Origin: an uncultured Chloroflexia bacterium
Lineage (GTDB): Bacteria; Chloroflexota; Chloroflexia; QHBQ01; JADMIH01
DNA length: 64,000 nucleotides
NCBI GenBank assembly: GCA_963797095.1
Contig: CAWCNY010000003.1
Location: forward strand, 352,001 to 416,000
Reading direction: 5' to 3'
Below the pieces are notes generated by a model. That model was not told the origin of the DNA. It worked only from the letters and a program-made list of their open reading frames with translations, and made no database searches. Both the position numbers and the translations under genes were made by a program. Below, piece by piece: positions 49,007-59,003 of the stretch. The first letter of the stretch is position 1; each line of letters starts with the position of its first letter.

Positions 49007-50155
49007 TTATCGTGCGTTCGCCAGTGCAACCGCTCTCTGGGCAGCTTCGTCCAGGGTAGTAGCGGAGGGGAGGTTGGCGGCTTCGAGGATCTTGCGTCCT
49101 TCTTCTGCGTTGGTACCTACCAGGCGCACCACCATCGGAACATCCGGCTTGAGAATGTCCAGCACGTTGATTATGCCTTTGGCGACCGCATCGCCCCTGG
49201 TAATGCCTCCAAATATGTTGAACATGACGGCTTTCACGTTGGGATCGGACAGGATGATGCGCAGGGCGGCCTCCACCTTGTCCTCGCGCGCCCCGCCGCC
49301 GATATCGAGGAAGTTGGCGGGCGTGCCGCCGTACTCCTTGATGGTGTCCATGGTCGCCATCGCCAATCCCGCGCCGTTCACCATGCAGCCGATGTTGCCA
49401 TCCAGTTTGACGAACGAAATACCGGCGGCGCGGGCCTGCCGCTCCGACTCTTCCTCCTCGGCGGGGTCGCGCAGTTCCTCGGCCCAGGGCTGGCGGAAAA
49501 GGGCGTTGTCGTCCAGCACCATTTTGGCATCGAGGGCCATCAAACCGTTGGAGGTCATAGCCAGCGGGTTGATCTCCACCAGCGAAGCATCGTGGTCGAT
49601 AAGGGTGCGCACCAGGCCCTTGGCAATTTTCATGAAATCGCGGACGTACGCCCCCAGGCCCATCCCGAAGGCAAGCTCGCGGGCCTGAAAATCGAGCAGG
49701 CCCATGCGCGGATCGACCGACACTTTGATGATAGCATCGGGGTTTTCTTTGGCTACCTGCTCGATCTCCACGCCGCCTTCCGCGCTGCCCATCACTATGA
49801 TCGATTTAGTCCCTCGGTCCACCGTCGCGCCCAGGTAATATTCCTTCTTAATATCGGCGGCGTCGGCCACCAGCACGCGCTGCACTACCTCGCCTTTGGG
49901 GTTCTGCTCGTTCTGCAGGAGCCTCCCCAGGATGTTTTCGGCGTTGTGTCGGGCGGCCTCCACATCCTTCGAGTATTTGACGCCCCCGGCCTTGCCCCGG
50001 CCGCCCATCATCACCTGTGCCTTGATCATCACAGGCTTCCCGATCCTGCGGGCGATCTCCTCCACCGCGTCGAGCGTATCGGCCACGTAGCCTTCGTTCA
50101 CGGGCACCCCGGCGCGCGCCAGCAGTTCTTTAGCCTGATATTCGTGGAGCTTCAC
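49007..50155 (-). CDS. sucC: Succinyl-CoA synthetase beta subunit (ADP-forming)
   Basis: [52 protein letters not shown]; GTG after GGAGG. Confidence 0.95.
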   Translation of the reverse strand: MKLHEYQAKELLARAGVPVNEGYVADTLDAVEEIARRIGKPVMIKAQVMMGGRGKAGGVKYSKDVEAARHNAENILGRLLQNEQNPKGEVVQRVLVADAADIKKEYYLGATVDRGTKSIIVMGSAEGGVEIEQVAKENPDAIIKVSVDPRMGLLDFQARELAFGMGLGAYVRDFMKIAKGLVRTLIDHDASLVEINPLAMTSNGLMALDAKMVLDDNALFRQPWAEELRDPAEEEESERQARAAGISFVKLDGNIGCMVNGAGLAMATMDTIKEYGGTPANFLDIGGGAREDKVEAALRIILSDPNVKAVMFNIFGGITRGDAVAKGIINVLDILKPDVPMVVRLVGTNAEEGRKILEAANLPSATTLDEAAQRAVALANAR

Positions 50156-50380
50156 GGTAACCTCCAATCGTTCTTGTAGTAAGATGCAAGCGGTCGATTA
50201 TAACACGCACTCGCGCTCTCGAACAAGATATTACTAACGTCCCGAAACGGGGGTGCCAAAGGTACGCGATCGAATAACTCGGTCGGGCGATACGCCCACT
50301 TGCATCCGTGTGATATTATTGCTACGGACGCGCCGGGTTACGCATACCGGCGTGGCAATCATTCTAAGTACGGGGTCACA

Positions 50381-50596
50381 ATGACCGAAGAGATATGGCA
50401 ACTGGCAAGGGCCGTCGTGTGGGCGGCTACACCCGAAGAGATAGCAGCGGCGCAGGCCCGGCTGTGGAGCACCGTATCCCCGGATATGGACCTCTACCAC
50501 CTTGCCCTGTGGAAAGCAGGCCTTGAAAAGACTGATTTTCTGCGCTGGGAGCGCGTCAAGAAGCAGGCCGAGCGCGCCAGTTGGCGGTTTGCCTGA
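50381..50596 (+). CDS. Hypothetical small protein
   Basis: 71-aa ORF with genome-typical codons filling the gap between genes. Confidence 0.5.
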   Translation: MTEEIWQLARAVVWAATPEEIAAAQARLWSTVSPDMDLYHLALWKAGLEKTDFLRWERVKKQAERASWRFA

Positions 50597-50599
50597 CCG

Positions 50600-51724
50600 C
50601 TAGATCACTTTCTCAAGCAGACGCGTGATCAGCCAGATGATCACGGGCAGGAAGAGCGCGGTGGATAAACCACCCACCGTCTCGCGCTGCCAGGGCCAGG
50701 TGTGTATCTTATCGAGGATATCGCGCTCGCGGCCCACCGCCTCCATGCCATCCTTCATCTCTGCCATACGCGTAAAATCGGCTGCGTCGGTGCGGCGTCG
50801 GAATTCGATGCTGAGCGCCTCAAACGACTGGTTGGCTTCGTAGATCCTTTCAGATTTGGCGTGTTCCAGCTTGCGGTGTATACCCACCAACGGCCACCCA
50901 AACGCTATTACCGCAAAAACGATATTGAAGAGCATGATCCCAAGCGTAATCACGTTCTGCATCAGCCCTGGGGCGGTCAGGATGAAGGCGTAGGTCGCAG
51001 CTATCCACCCTATCCCGGTGCGGGCGGTCAGCCAGGAGAATGCATAGAGAGGGTCGAGGTTGAACAGGTCGATGCGCGTATAGGCACTGTAGATCTGGCT
51101 CACCAGCCTTAACTGCCTGACCGTGTGGTAGGTCAGCGTGCCCCATACAAACCAGAGCAGTATGAACACCCCTGACTCGATAGCGATAGCGGCGGGAGAC
51201 GTGAAAAGAAGCAGCTTCGCCATAAACTCAGGGAGCAGGTAGCCGAGCGCCAGCAGCACCAGCGCGGCAAACACTGCACCCGCCAAACCCGCCATAAAGG
51301 CGGGCAGAGCAGGGAGAGTGGTCAGCCTGTATTCCAGGTCGCGATAGGTCTTCTCGTCCAGGTCCATAGCTGGGCAATAGGTGCGGAGGGCGCGCTTCGC
51401 CACGTCGTCCAGGTAGTGTATCAGAGCCAGGGCGTAGAAGGTCACAAGCTCAGGCACCAGGTGAAACGGGTAGAAGTAGAAAGGCCCGACCTTATAGAGT
51501 CCAGCCTGGTTGCCCGCTTCATAAGCGGCCTGGTAGCTGCCATCGGCCCATTTGATCATAGTCGTAAGGGCAAAGAGGGCCAGCGCAGGTATCAGATAGA
51601 CGATGGGGTAATCCAGGCGCAGCCCACGCACCCAATCGTTGACACGGTCAACCCAGCTTGGCGCATAAGGCCGAGCCTGGGCATCCGTCATATCCGCAAG
51701 CGCGGTTTGAGCAGTAGTTGCCAT
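50600..51724 (-). CDS. Hypothetical multi-pass membrane protein
   Basis: About 8 TM; C-terminal TWPW motif; GAGGTG RBS. Confidence 0.75.
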   Translation of the reverse strand: MATTAQTALADMTDAQARPYAPSWVDRVNDWVRGLRLDYPIVYLIPALALFALTTMIKWADGSYQAAYEAGNQAGLYKVGPFYFYPFHLVPELVTFYALALIHYLDDVAKRALRTYCPAMDLDEKTYRDLEYRLTTLPALPAFMAGLAGAVFAALVLLALGYLLPEFMAKLLLFTSPAAIAIESGVFILLWFVWGTLTYHTVRQLRLVSQIYSAYTRIDLFNLDPLYAFSWLTARTGIGWIAATYAFILTAPGLMQNVITLGIMLFNIVFAVIAFGWPLVGIHRKLEHAKSERIYEANQSFEALSIEFRRRTDAADFTRMAEMKDGMEAVGRERDILDKIHTWPWQRETVGGLSTALFLPVIIWLITRLLEKVI

Positions 51725-51775
51725 AGGCGTCACCTCAATACATATATGGGTCGAGGCTACCCCTCAATTTTACGG

Positions 51776-53179
51776 TTATCCGGCCCTGCCGTGGGCCACG
51801 AACTCCAACAGGTCGCTGCGGGTGATCAGGCCGACCGGCTTGCCCGCTTCTTCCACCAGCACCGCGCTGTTGTTGGCGAGCAGGGCTGGCACCACGCGCT
51901 CCACAGGCTCCGCCACGTCCATCAGCGGGAAGGGCGGGTCCATCACGCTCGATACTTTGCTGTCGATCACAGTCGGGTCGCGGAACACACGCTCAAGGAG
52001 GTTGCGCTCCTGGATCGAGCCAACCATAGATTGCACGTTATTGAAAGGCCCAGCGCCGTTGCCGTCGCCACTGCCCGGCCTCGTTACCGGCAATTGGGAG
52101 ATATTATACTGCTGCAACAGGTCTATCGCCTCGCGCACCGTCCTATCCGCCTGCACAGTCACCAGCTTGGGGATCTCGCGGCTCTGCCTGTTCACCAATT
52201 CGCGCACCCGCGCCTGGATAGGCAGCCTGTCGAGGAACCCGTTCTCGCGCAGCCAGGCATCATTGTACACCTTCGATAGATAGCCGCGCCCCGTGTCGGG
52301 CAGCAGCACCAGCACCGTCTTGCTCTCGTCGAGGCGCTTCGCCACCTGCATGGCCGCGAACATAGCAGTCCCCGCCGACCCCCCCACCAGGATCCCCTCT
52401 TCGCGTGTGATCCTGCGCGCTATCTCGAACGAGTCGCGGTCGCCCACCGTCACCCACTCGTCCACCATGCTCATGTCCATCGTGCCGGGCATGAAGTCCT
52501 CGCCGATCCCCTCCACCTTATAGGGCCGCGCCACGTCGCCCGTATAGAGAGAGCCTTCGGGGTCGGCACCCACCACCCACACGTTGGGGTTCTGCTCCTT
52601 GAGGTAGCGCGCCACCCCGGAGATCGTGCCACCGGTGCCCACGCCTGCCACGAACACATCGATCTTACCATCCAGTTGCCGCCAGATTTCGGGGCCTGTG
52701 GTGGCGTAATGCGCCTCCGGGTTGGCGGGGTTGAAATACTGGTTGGGCTGAAACGCACCAGGTATCTCGCGGGTGAGACGGTCGGCCACGCTGTAATAGC
52801 TCTCCTGACTCTCGCGGGGCACCGCCGTCGGCGTGGTGACCACCTCAGCCCCATAAGCCTTTAGCAAAGAGATCTTTTCCTGCGATACTTTATCGGGCAT
52901 CACGAACACGCACTTGTACCCCAGGATGGCGGCTGCGATGGCAAGCCCGGTCCCGGTGTTCCCCGATGTAGGTTCTACGATGGTGCCGCCACGCTGCAAC
53001 ACTCCATTGGCCTCCGCATCCCTGATCATCTTTATGCCGATGCGGTCTTTGACCGAGTTGCCTGGGTTGAACATCTCCAGCTTCGCAAGCAACGCCGGTC
53101 TGAACCCGCGATTCAGGCTTGGCAGCCGCACTATTGGAGTATTCCCGATCAACTCAAGAACGTTATCATAGACTTCCAT
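51776..53179 (-). CDS. Cystathionine beta-synthase (PLP domain plus CBS pair)
   Basis: IGNTP, NPGNSVKDR, EPTSGNTG, GVGTGGT, EGIG, C-terminal CBS domains. Confidence 0.93.
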   Translation of the reverse strand: MEVYDNVLELIGNTPIVRLPSLNRGFRPALLAKLEMFNPGNSVKDRIGIKMIRDAEANGVLQRGGTIVEPTSGNTGTGLAIAAAILGYKCVFVMPDKVSQEKISLLKAYGAEVVTTPTAVPRESQESYYSVADRLTREIPGAFQPNQYFNPANPEAHYATTGPEIWRQLDGKIDVFVAGVGTGGTISGVARYLKEQNPNVWVVGADPEGSLYTGDVARPYKVEGIGEDFMPGTMDMSMVDEWVTVGDRDSFEIARRITREEGILVGGSAGTAMFAAMQVAKRLDESKTVLVLLPDTGRGYLSKVYNDAWLRENGFLDRLPIQARVRELVNRQSREIPKLVTVQADRTVREAIDLLQQYNISQLPVTRPGSGDGNGAGPFNNVQSMVGSIQERNLLERVFRDPTVIDSKVSSVMDPPFPLMDVAEPVERVVPALLANNSAVLVEEAGKPVGLITRSDLLEFVAHGRAG

Positions 53180-53428
53180 AGTCTGTCCTCTCTGAACGGG
53201 CGACGCTGCCCGTATGCGGAATGTAGAATGTGGAGTGCGGAATGCCTGCATTGGGTGCTTCCGCGTTGCCATCATTTATCTATCTGATTATAGTTTCGGG
53301 TGGGGTGTAAGTCAAACCTTGAATAGAACCCTCCGGGCCTGGGCGCGTTATACTAAGAGTTCATCAGCCCACACTGCGGGCTGCCCTGCCGTTGAACCAC
53401 AACACCCGTGCTATTGTAGAGGGTACGT

Positions 53429-56095
53429 ATGAGTAAGAGGCATCTTTTCACAGTTGTCCTGGTCGCGGCGCTCTTGCTTACATTTGGAAGTGCAGCGCAA
53501 ACACCACCAAGCAATCAGGAGGCGCTTGCCGGTGCGCCCACCGGCTGCCTGGGCATCCTCCCCACGCCCCCGATAAACGCCCAATCGAGCGAAATTACAG
53601 CCCTCAGTCCCCTCTCAACCACCGACGTATGGGCCGTAGGCAACACTCACACTACGGAACCCTCCGACCACTCAGACGGCTTCTCCATGCACTACAACGG
53701 CACCGACTGGCAGATCATATCGACCGACGCGATCACGCAGTCATATACCCTGCAAGATATCGCCGCCACCTCACCAAACGACGCATGGGCTGTCGGCTCC
53801 TACGATAACGGCTCGACTGCCTCCAACCCCGGCATAGGCAGGCTCGTGCTGCACTGGAACGGCAAGACCTGGGGCGCGTCCCTGAAGGGTGCAACCGGCG
53901 AACTCAACGCGGTATCAGCCACCTCCTCAGGCGATGTATGGGCGGTGGGCGATGCTGGAGGTCCCGGCATTGTGCATCACTGGAACGGCCACGCATGGAC
54001 CGAAACGCCGATCAACAGTTACGCCCTGAGAGATGTGGTTGCCCTCGCCCCCGACGATGTGTGGATAGCAGGCTCGGCAAGCCCCGCAGGCGCATCAGTC
54101 TATCACTGGGACGGCGAGCGATGGTCTGCTACCAATAGCCCGATCCTCGACGCCTACGGTCTGCTTGCCCTCGACCACAACAATGTGTGGGTGATCGGAA
54201 GCCGGACGTACCAGCCCGAAACCTTCCATTGGGATGGTACCACCTGGACCGAAGCGCCATCGAGTTACAGCATTGACGCGCAACTGAACGCGGCTGCGGC
54301 CTACGCCCCCGACGACATCTGGGCGGCAGGTACCCTCGCTTCGAACGCTTTGCTCGCCCACTGGGACGGCACCACCTGGTCCGGTATCCCCAACCCCGTC
54401 CCTGGCTTCCAGTCCGGCCTGAACGACATAGTGAGGGTGGGCGATGAGCTTTGGGCGGGCGGCTCGCGCGTAGTGAGAAGCTCAGGCGACGCGGACGCCG
54501 CAATCGCACGCTACACGACGTCGCCGTGCCCCGCGCCCGGCCCCTCCGGCCCGCTAAATCCGCCCGTGCCTGTGCCAGGCTCCGAAAGCCTCCCCTTCGC
54601 CACCGGCAAGAGCATCAACGGTGTGTTCCTCAAGTACTGGCAGGATCACGGCGGCCTGCAACAACAGGGCTACCCCATCACCGATGCAATAGGCGAGATA
54701 AGCGACCTCGATGGCAAGGTCTACACCATGCAATATTTCGAGCGCGCGGTGTTCGAGTACCACCCTGAGCACAGAGGCACACCCTACGAAGTGCTGCTAT
54801 CCCAGCTTGGCACCTTCCAGTACGCCCAAAAGTACCCGGACGGCGCGCCCAACCAGCGTCCCAACCAGGACGCGGGCACGCTCTACTTCCCCGAAACGGG
54901 CAAGCGCCTCGGCGGCAGCTTGCTACAATACTGGCAGCAGCACGGCGGCCTAGCCCAGCAGGGCTATCCCATCTCCGACGAGTTCACAGAGGTATCGGAC
55001 ACAGATGGCAAGCCCTACACCGTCCAGTACTTCGAGCGCGCGGTGTTCGAGTGGCACCCCGAGAACCCGCCTCCCTACAACGTGCTCCTGAGCCTGCTGG
55101 GCAACTTCCGGTACAACGACAAGTACCTCAGCAAGCCAACATCACCGCCATCAAGCCAGCCTCGCGTGATCTCAGGCGATATAGGCGGTGGCCTGATGGG
55201 CGGGGGCCATTACCTGTTCTGGCACGACGCCCCCAACTCCGGCTCCAACGTCAACCTTTTCCGGGCATACAACGCCCAACAAAATATGCAATTCTCTGTC
55301 GGTGGAGGTGATAATCGCCCGATGAGCTTCCCGGCGGCTGCCGATAGTAAGAGGGCGATCTGGCGCGTCAACTCCGATCTGTTCGAACTGTTCGACTTCG
55401 GCACTGGCGCCACCTTCACAGTCAACGTACCCGCCGGATCGTCCTCTCCCACCCCGAACATCAACGAGCTTGCCCTCGATGACAACACGCTCTATTACAT
55501 CACATCCGATTCTTTGGGCTACCGGGTGATCTCACAGGATTTGATCCGGCAGGAAGACAAGGTCGTTACCACCTCGAAGAATCCGCTATCCAACCTGTGG
55601 GAGAGGGATGGCATCGCCATGTGGCTCGAAACGGTCGCCGCCACCCCCCGCGAGCAAGCCCTCCATGTGTGGAACGCCTCCGCCCGCAGCGAGTTCGTGC
55701 CCGCCCAGGGCATCGGCGCATTCACAGGTTTCGGGGCGTCGGGCGACTACCTTGTGTGGTCCTTCTACACCACCATCTCCGACCAGGCCACCTATCTGCT
55801 AGACACGCGCACAGGCGCACGCAAAGTGCTCAATTCAGGCGCGGCAAGCAAGCCCATTATCGCAAGCAACAAAGTGGCCTGGATCCAATGGCCCGATCCC
55901 GCCAAAGGCGAAACCGGCGGCTGGAACATCGAGATATACAACGTAGAAACAGGCAAAACCACCACCGCCGTAGCCAACCTACCGGCCATGCCCCAGGATC
56001 TCATGCTGCTCGACGGCGACAAGTTGGCATTCACAGCCGACACAGACATATCAGCAAACGGTTCAGAACTCTTCATAGTAGACCTGGCGCCATAG
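53429..56095 (+). CDS. Large secreted protein: beta-propeller repeats, duplicated Chloroflexi-type module, second propeller-like region
   Basis: Signal peptide; DVWAVG/HWDG repeats; two GGLxQQGYPI...YFERAVFExHPE units. Confidence 0.82.
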   Translation: MSKRHLFTVVLVAALLLTFGSAAQTPPSNQEALAGAPTGCLGILPTPPINAQSSEITALSPLSTTDVWAVGNTHTTEPSDHSDGFSMHYNGTDWQIISTDAITQSYTLQDIAATSPNDAWAVGSYDNGSTASNPGIGRLVLHWNGKTWGASLKGATGELNAVSATSSGDVWAVGDAGGPGIVHHWNGHAWTETPINSYALRDVVALAPDDVWIAGSASPAGASVYHWDGERWSATNSPILDAYGLLALDHNNVWVIGSRTYQPETFHWDGTTWTEAPSSYSIDAQLNAAAAYAPDDIWAAGTLASNALLAHWDGTTWSGIPNPVPGFQSGLNDIVRVGDELWAGGSRVVRSSGDADAAIARYTTSPCPAPGPSGPLNPPVPVPGSESLPFATGKSINGVFLKYWQDHGGLQQQGYPITDAIGEISDLDGKVYTMQYFERAVFEYHPEHRGTPYEVLLSQLGTFQYAQKYPDGAPNQRPNQDAGTLYFPETGKRLGGSLLQYWQQHGGLAQQGYPISDEFTEVSDTDGKPYTVQYFERAVFEWHPENPPPYNVLLSLLGNFRYNDKYLSKPTSPPSSQPRVISGDIGGGLMGGGHYLFWHDAPNSGSNVNLFRAYNAQQNMQFSVGGGDNRPMSFPAAADSKRAIWRVNSDLFELFDFGTGATFTVNVPAGSSSPTPNINELALDDNTLYYITSDSLGYRVISQDLIRQEDKVVTTSKNPLSNLWERDGIAMWLETVAATPREQALHVWNASARSEFVPAQGIGAFTGFGASGDYLVWSFYTTISDQATYLLDTRTGARKVLNSGAASKPIIASNKVAWIQWPDPAKGETGGWNIEIYNVETGKTTTAVANLPAMPQDLMLLDGDKLAFTADTDISANGSELFIVDLAP

Positions 56096-56161
56096 CTAAG
56101 CGCCAGAGTCTTGCCACGTCGAATTGTGAAAATGCACGCGACGACGCCCCATCTATGAGGT

Positions 56162-56190
56162 TGTCATCCTGAGCGAAGCGAAGGATCTCG
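56162..56190 (+). repeat. REP-like element TGTCATCCTGAGCGAAGCGAAGGATCTC
   Basis: Related to the 27358-27442 inverted repeat. Confidence 0.6.
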
Positions 56191-56232
56191 CTCTTCAACC
56201 TCGATACAGGTCTGCAAGTGGAGATCTCCACC

Positions 56233-57324
56233 TTATTCATGCAGCGAGCCGTCGGGCATGACTGTGCTGCTTGAGGAGCGTAAATTACCGAGTTGCCCCT
56301 CGATTATCCTTGCGCCTTTAAGGTGGTTCTAAAAAGGTCTACCCTTTCCAGGTCGACGGATGTTAAATCTGTATCCTCAAAGTCGCACCCTATAAGTGTG
56401 GCGCCTGCAAAAGCTAGCATCTTCGGACTCGCGCCCAGACGTAGTAGATTGTAGGTTCGCACCATGAAAGCTAACCTCTTCAAAACGTGCCTTGAATATA
56501 TCTGATCCGTACAAAATGGCGCCCTCCATAGATATATACCCTAAGTCCGCATGGCGTAAGTTGCAATGGCTCAAATCACATTTACTATAACTCCCTGAAG
56601 TTAGCACCAAGTTGCTAAGATCAGCAGCCTCCAAGGAAACAAGCGGACGCTCACCTTCCGATGCAATTAGCCCAGCCTCTGACAAGAAGCTAAGAACAAA
56701 GCCCTTTCGCGTGCCATCCAGGCGAGTCAGCAATGACAGTGTGCGCGCTCGAATTATGATCGCCGAGTTATCTGTTGATTGCCTAGCTGTTGGCGAGTTA
56801 CTTGTTGAATTTCTAGCAATGTCCGAAACCAAGTCGGACATTCTGTCCATATATGTTTGGAGAGCGCTTTCTTTGAGTCGATCATCTTCGAGTTCCCTTT
56901 CCAGCTTGGCACGAGCTTCATCTCTTGCTGCCTCTTGCTGCGCTCTTTCCTCTAGTCGGGATGCATCTTCTTGAGAGCGTATGTCTGCCATCCTACGATC
57001 ATTCTCTCGATCGGCTTTGCTAAAAAGTAGTCCTCCTCCCGCTAGCACAAGTGGGACTATCAGCAAATCCAACCAATCCCACAAAGACTCTGGCGTTCCA
57101 CTAGGCTGTCCGGAAATGTCGGGCTGATTGGGGAGTCCTGTCCACGTCCAATTCAGCCAATAGCCCAACATAATAAGCAAAGCAAATGCGATAACTCCGA
57201 CAATGCTCGCAATCACCCAGCGATTTCGCCCCACCAATTTGGTTGTCGTTCGTCGCCCATAATCAACTGCCCCGCTGTCATCTACGCAACCGAGAATAGC
57301 TCGGTCGCAGGTGATGTGCAGCAT
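56233..57324 (-). pseudogene. Membrane-anchored pentapeptide-repeat protein with two C-terminal frameshifts
   Basis: WDWLDLLIVP, ALQTYMDRMS, RARTL, pentapeptide repeats; repeats continue out of frame (AGATLIGCDFEDTDL) and end in MPDGSLHE-stop at 56233; start uncertain. Confidence 0.7.
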
Positions 57325-57536
57325 TGTACACTTCCTCTCTCAGCGCACCTCTTGAAAAATGTGCTCTTTGTACGCGGGCGCTGTCTGTCGCTTCTTGTGC
57401 ACCTCGGTATCTGACGGTCAACACTCCTGAGACTTCCATCTCGACCGATCCAAACCAGGTGCTCGCAACTTCGTGCACGTCGAATACGCCGTCGTTATAG
57501 GGACGGCGATCACTGACATGTCGGGGTGCTCCACCA

Positions 57537-58946
57537 CTAACCTACCGGCGCAACCTCTCCTTGCCGCACCTCAAGCAAAGTAGCTTTTTCCAAGAAGGCC
57601 GGGTCGAACCCCGACAAATCCGTCGCCGTGATCAGCGCCTGGTACTGCTGGTTCCCTATAGTACTCAGCAAATAACCGCGCCTTCTTATGTCAAGCTCAG
57701 ACATAATATCGTCCAGCAGCAGGATCGGAGTATCCCCTGTCTCGGCGGTCATCAAATCCACCTCCGCCAACTTCAACGCCAGCACAGCCGTTCGCTGCTG
57801 CCCTCGCGACCCATACGCTCCCAGCGCCAGCGCCTGCCCCGAACTCACCTGCGGATCGCCAAGCTGGAATAGCAGATCGTCCCGGTGCGGTCCTAACAAA
57901 GACACACCGCGCCTCATTTCCTGCACTCTTGTCTCCTGTAGTTGGCTCCTGAACTCATTGGCTATCGCATCGACGTATTTTTCCAGGTGCGGAATGCGCC
58001 CGCGCAACAGGTGACTATCCGGCGTAGCCGTGAACTCGTCCTGACCAAGGTCTGCCACCGCGCTATCCGCCTCCATCTGCGCCAGCAAATCCGGCAGAAA
58101 CTCGGCCCGCGCCTTGGGCGCTACCCCCGTTTCGTACGCCACATGCAATCGAAGCTCGGCGGTCGGACGCCGCTCGCGCAACATGCGACGAGTGTCGGTC
58201 CTGCCGTTGGCGGCCTCCGTGCCCACCAACAGGTGATGCACCGCCTCCGCCCTGCTCGAAAGCCGCGCCGCGAACACATCGCGCCTCAGCACCACATACG
58301 CGCCGTGCTTCACCAACTCGTCGTCCCAGTAAGCAATCTCCTCGGCCACGTCCCGCGAGTGGGGGTTGCGTCCTTGCTCCTTCAACGACTTCAGCAGCGA
58401 GTTGCGCTGCGCCAGCACCTTCATATACTGCGACAGCAGCCGCACATACCTGTGGTCCATCTGCGACACCGTCACGTCCATGTAGCGCCTGCGAAGGGCG
58501 GGAGGCCCGGTCACAAGATCAACATCCTGTGGCGTGAAGAGCACCACGTTCACCTGCCCCACCAGGTCGATAGCCCGCCTCGGATTCCCGTTCACTTTGA
58601 TCCGCTTGCGGGCCTGCGCCGAACCCTGCAAGCCTCCCGGCCCCTCGGGCGCTTCGTCCCGCACCACCAGCACCTCCACCTGCAACGGCCCACGCTCGCG
58701 CTCCACGCTAGCCACCACCCGGCTGAAAGGCGGCGATCCCAGGTCGTTGGGCGCAGCGAAGTTGATCAACTCAAGGTCTGATGTGGTGCGCGGCGAGCGC
58801 GTGGTGGCGAGCAAATACAACGCCTCCAGCAGCGATGTCTTGCCGGAGGCGTTATCGCCTTGCAGGACGGTCACGCCCGGCGAAAGTTGCAGCGAAAGGT
58901 GCCGGTAGTTGCGGAACTCGTCCAGTGTCAGCGTTTGGCAGTACAT
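57537..58946 (-). CDS. recF: DNA replication/repair protein RecF
   Basis: FRNY, GDNASGKTSLLEA, RRRYMD, GPHRDD, SRGQQRT, LLLDDIMSELD. Confidence 0.96.
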   Translation of the reverse strand: MYCQTLTLDEFRNYRHLSLQLSPGVTVLQGDNASGKTSLLEALYLLATTRSPRTTSDLELINFAAPNDLGSPPFSRVVASVERERGPLQVEVLVVRDEAPEGPGGLQGSAQARKRIKVNGNPRRAIDLVGQVNVVLFTPQDVDLVTGPPALRRRYMDVTVSQMDHRYVRLLSQYMKVLAQRNSLLKSLKEQGRNPHSRDVAEEIAYWDDELVKHGAYVVLRRDVFAARLSSRAEAVHHLLVGTEAANGRTDTRRMLRERRPTAELRLHVAYETGVAPKARAEFLPDLLAQMEADSAVADLGQDEFTATPDSHLLRGRIPHLEKYVDAIANEFRSQLQETRVQEMRRGVSLLGPHRDDLLFQLGDPQVSSGQALALGAYGSRGQQRTAVLALKLAEVDLMTAETGDTPILLLDDIMSELDIRRRGYLLSTIGNQQYQALITATDLSGFDPAFLEKATLLEVRQGEVAPVG

Positions 58947-59003
58947 TTGGACTCGAAGGTGAAGGCCGGAGGCCCCGGTCGGGGAGCCTCCAAATCTCTA
59001 CAC

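Noticed and set aside
57278-57478. 66-aa ORF between the pentapeptide gene and recF
   Set aside because: No recognisable motif or RBS; may be a remnant.
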